The position numbers and the translations under genes were made by a program. A stretch of 64,000 nt of DNA, taken from Methanobacteriota archaeon. Lineage in GTDB: Archaea; Halobacteriota; Bog-38; Methanoflorentales; Methanoflorentaceae. Below the pieces are notes generated by a model that saw only the letters and a program-made list of their open reading frames with translations, did not search any database and was not told the origin of the DNA. Below, piece by piece: positions 61,742-64,000 of the stretch (positions are counted from its first letter, which is position 1; each line of letters starts with the position of its first letter). Location: positions 51,464-115,463 of the forward strand of contig CAWDSY010000010.1 of NCBI GenBank assembly GCA_963805115.1. Direction: 5' to 3'.

Positions 61742-63736
61742 TTATTTGATTCTGGTGCCAGACGGCATCTTTCTTGCCGGTCGAATGAGGACTGACCTAC
61801 CGTCGTATTCAGCGGCGAGCAGCATGCCGCGAGATTCGATGCCCATCAACTTCACCGGCTGCAGATTGATAAGCACGACGACGTCAGTGCCAATCAGGTC
61901 CTGAGGCGCGTAATCTTTGGCGATTCCCGCCACAATCTGCCGGGTCTCTTCGCCCACCTGTGCTGTAATTCTCAGGAGCTTATCGGATTTTTGGACCGGT
62001 TCGGCTTCGACGACGCGGGCGATCCTCAGATCCATTTTCTTGAAGTCGTCAAGCTTGATTGCCGCCTCCCCCGTGCCCGGCTCCTTGGCGGGGCCTTTAT
62101 GACCCGCCCCAGCGATTCTTTCGTTTAGTGTAGCTTCCATTGCACCGATCTTCTTCTCGTCGATCTTGGCGAACGGCAGCGCCGGCTTGGGAAGACGCAA
62201 CGGTTCAACCTCCACGGTGGCGTCGGAAAAATACGTCGTGGTCAGGCCAAGCTGCGCTTGAACGCTACGCATCGTCGATGGCATGACGGGCTCCAACAAC
62301 ACGGACAAGGCTTTCACAAGCTGTATGCAGTTCTTGAGTTCGCGTGCGCACGCCGTCCGATCGGATTTCACTAGATTCCAGAGCTCTTTTGACTGGAAAT
62401 ACGCGTTGCCGAAGTCTGAGAGCGACATCGCCGCGTCGACGACCTTCTTAAACTCATATTCCTCCAGTGCGCTCACCATCTTCTTGAGCGTCTCAGCTAC
62501 GCGCTCCATTATCGCAGAATCGACAGGACCTTCAGGTACGCGCCCGAAGTTTTTGTACGCGAAGTGTAGGGTGCGATAGATAAAGTTCCCCAGCGACCCA
62601 ACGAGTTCACGGTTGACCTTCTCTCCAAAGAGTTGCCACGAGAAATTCAGCTCCTTTGTGTGTGACGTATAGCTGGCGAGGTAAAAGCGAAGCAGATCGG
62701 GATGAAACCCGTGGTCGAGGTAATCTTCATCTACCCAAACCACATACCCGCGACTTTTTGAGAACGTCTTGTCGTCGACTTTAACCATTCCCGACGCGAC
62801 GATGGCCGCCGGCAAGGTGTAGCTCGCTCCTTTTAACAGCGCCGGCCAGAAGATGGCGTGATGGTAGATGATGTCAGTGCCGATGAAGTGAATTATGTTC
62901 GCATCGCTCTTCCAGTAGTCTTCCCAGGCGCTTGTCGCTTCCTCAGTAAATGAGATGTACCCTATCGGAGCGTCAACCCATACGTAGACCACCAGATCCG
63001 TTCCGGGAAATGAGACGCCCCACGCCAGATTTCGCGTTATGCACCAGTCTTTCAGTTCGTTGCTGACCCATTCGCGCGCATAGTTGCGGGCGTTGGCCGT
63101 ACCTCCGAGTGATTCGAGGTACGCTAACAAGAAGTCCTTGAACGCGGAGAGCTTGAAGAAGTAATGCTGCTCTTCCCGATATCCGGCACTGGCCCCACAC
63201 GTTTTACACGTCGGATCGACAATTTCCCCCGGTTCGAGATGGCGGCCACACCCTTGATCGCACTCGTCCCCGCGCGCCGGCATGCCGCAAAAAAAGCACG
63301 CCCCCTCGACGTAGCGATCCGGTAGAAAACGATCGCATTGGGGACAGTACGCCAATCGTATGACAAGCGGGTATATGCAGCCGTTTGCTTGGAGCGATTT
63401 AACGATTTCCTGCGTTCTGAAGTGATTTGTGGGAGCATCGGTATTCCCATAATGGCTAAAGTCGACTGACAGAGCCTTAAACGTGTCCTCCCAGTAGCGG
63501 TGATAATACGCGGCAAGCTTGGCTGGCGTCGTTCCTTGCTGTTCAGCGTTAATCACGATGGGAGTTCCGTGCGTGTCCGAACCGCACACGAAGAGCGGGT
63601 CCTGCTGGAGCTTCCTAAGGCACCGAACGTAAATGTCCGCCGGGATGTACGTCCTGAGGTGACCGATATGGCACGGCCCGTTCGCGTAAGGCAGGCCGCA
63701 CGTGATTAGAAGCGGTTTGTTCGAAAGCGATGTCAT
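61742..63736 (-). CDS. metG: methionine--tRNA ligase
   Basis: LPYANGPCHIGH, Zn knuckles, YVWVDAPIGY, TFSKSRG, C-terminal tRNA-binding domain. Confidence 0.97.
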   Translation of the reverse strand: MTSLSNKPLLITCGLPYANGPCHIGHLRTYIPADIYVRCLRKLQQDPLFVCGSDTHGTPIVINAEQQGTTPAKLAAYYHRYWEDTFKALSVDFSHYGNTDAPTNHFRTQEIVKSLQANGCIYPLVIRLAYCPQCDRFLPDRYVEGACFFCGMPARGDECDQGCGRHLEPGEIVDPTCKTCGASAGYREEQHYFFKLSAFKDFLLAYLESLGGTANARNYAREWVSNELKDWCITRNLAWGVSFPGTDLVVYVWVDAPIGYISFTEEATSAWEDYWKSDANIIHFIGTDIIYHHAIFWPALLKGASYTLPAAIVASGMVKVDDKTFSKSRGYVVWVDEDYLDHGFHPDLLRFYLASYTSHTKELNFSWQLFGEKVNRELVGSLGNFIYRTLHFAYKNFGRVPEGPVDSAIMERVAETLKKMVSALEEYEFKKVVDAAMSLSDFGNAYFQSKELWNLVKSDRTACARELKNCIQLVKALSVLLEPVMPSTMRSVQAQLGLTTTYFSDATVEVEPLRLPKPALPFAKIDEKKIGAMEATLNERIAGAGHKGPAKEPGTGEAAIKLDDFKKMDLRIARVVEAEPVQKSDKLLRITAQVGEETRQIVAGIAKDYAPQDLIGTDVVVLINLQPVKLMGIESRGMLLAAEYDGRSVLIRPARKMPSGTRIK

Positions 63737-64000
63737 TTTGAAGTCCTCGTAGCACGAGATCGCATTTCGGCATCCACAGCTTGCGCCGAACTTACCTTGA
63801 AACACCTCCAGCGCGCACCACATCGGAGCTGCGTTTCGTTACGCCAAGCCGATTCTGCGAAACGGGCTTCACAATGCATTGTGATAGTGGCTACCTATTT
63901 TAACTCTTCGAGAGCAGCGCTCTTTTCTGTCAGTCTCAGGACCTCACAGTTTGGACGTGGGGCTGCCACCCGACCAATGTATACAGGTAGCGTTCGAACT

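Overview
Archaeal chromosomal window, most consistent with a Halobacteriota methanogen-related lineage (cofG/cofC, cupin-type PGI, TBP, LonB, UPF0147, Trm11, GGAGGTGA-type Shine-Dalgarno motifs, TATA promoters). About 1-36 kb is a rearranged accessory region. It holds glycan-gene relics, an Ig-repeat protein, unannotated small membrane proteins, flavodoxins, and a two-component island in which one duplicated promoter+REC+linker cassette is joined once to an ABC ATPase and once to a membrane GT2. About 36-64 kb is mostly housekeeping: purC, cofGC, ilvE, tRNA-Arg(CCG), M42 peptidase, cimA-ilvB-ilvH-ilvC, FTR-thioredoxin-CcdA, pntAB, lonB, ogt, tbp, trm11, metG. The top candidates for new biology are (i) cimA, which lacks an in-frame start and is overlapped by an SD-led mini-ORF ending Phe-Ile-stop, suggesting isoleucine-sensing +1 frameshifting, and (ii) the REC-ABC and REC-GT2 fusions. 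Several genes, including TBP, carry single-base frameshifts, so the assembly probably has indel errors and every frame-based claim needs read-level checking. No CRISPR array, rRNA or transposase was recognised. All calls were made by eye, without database searches.
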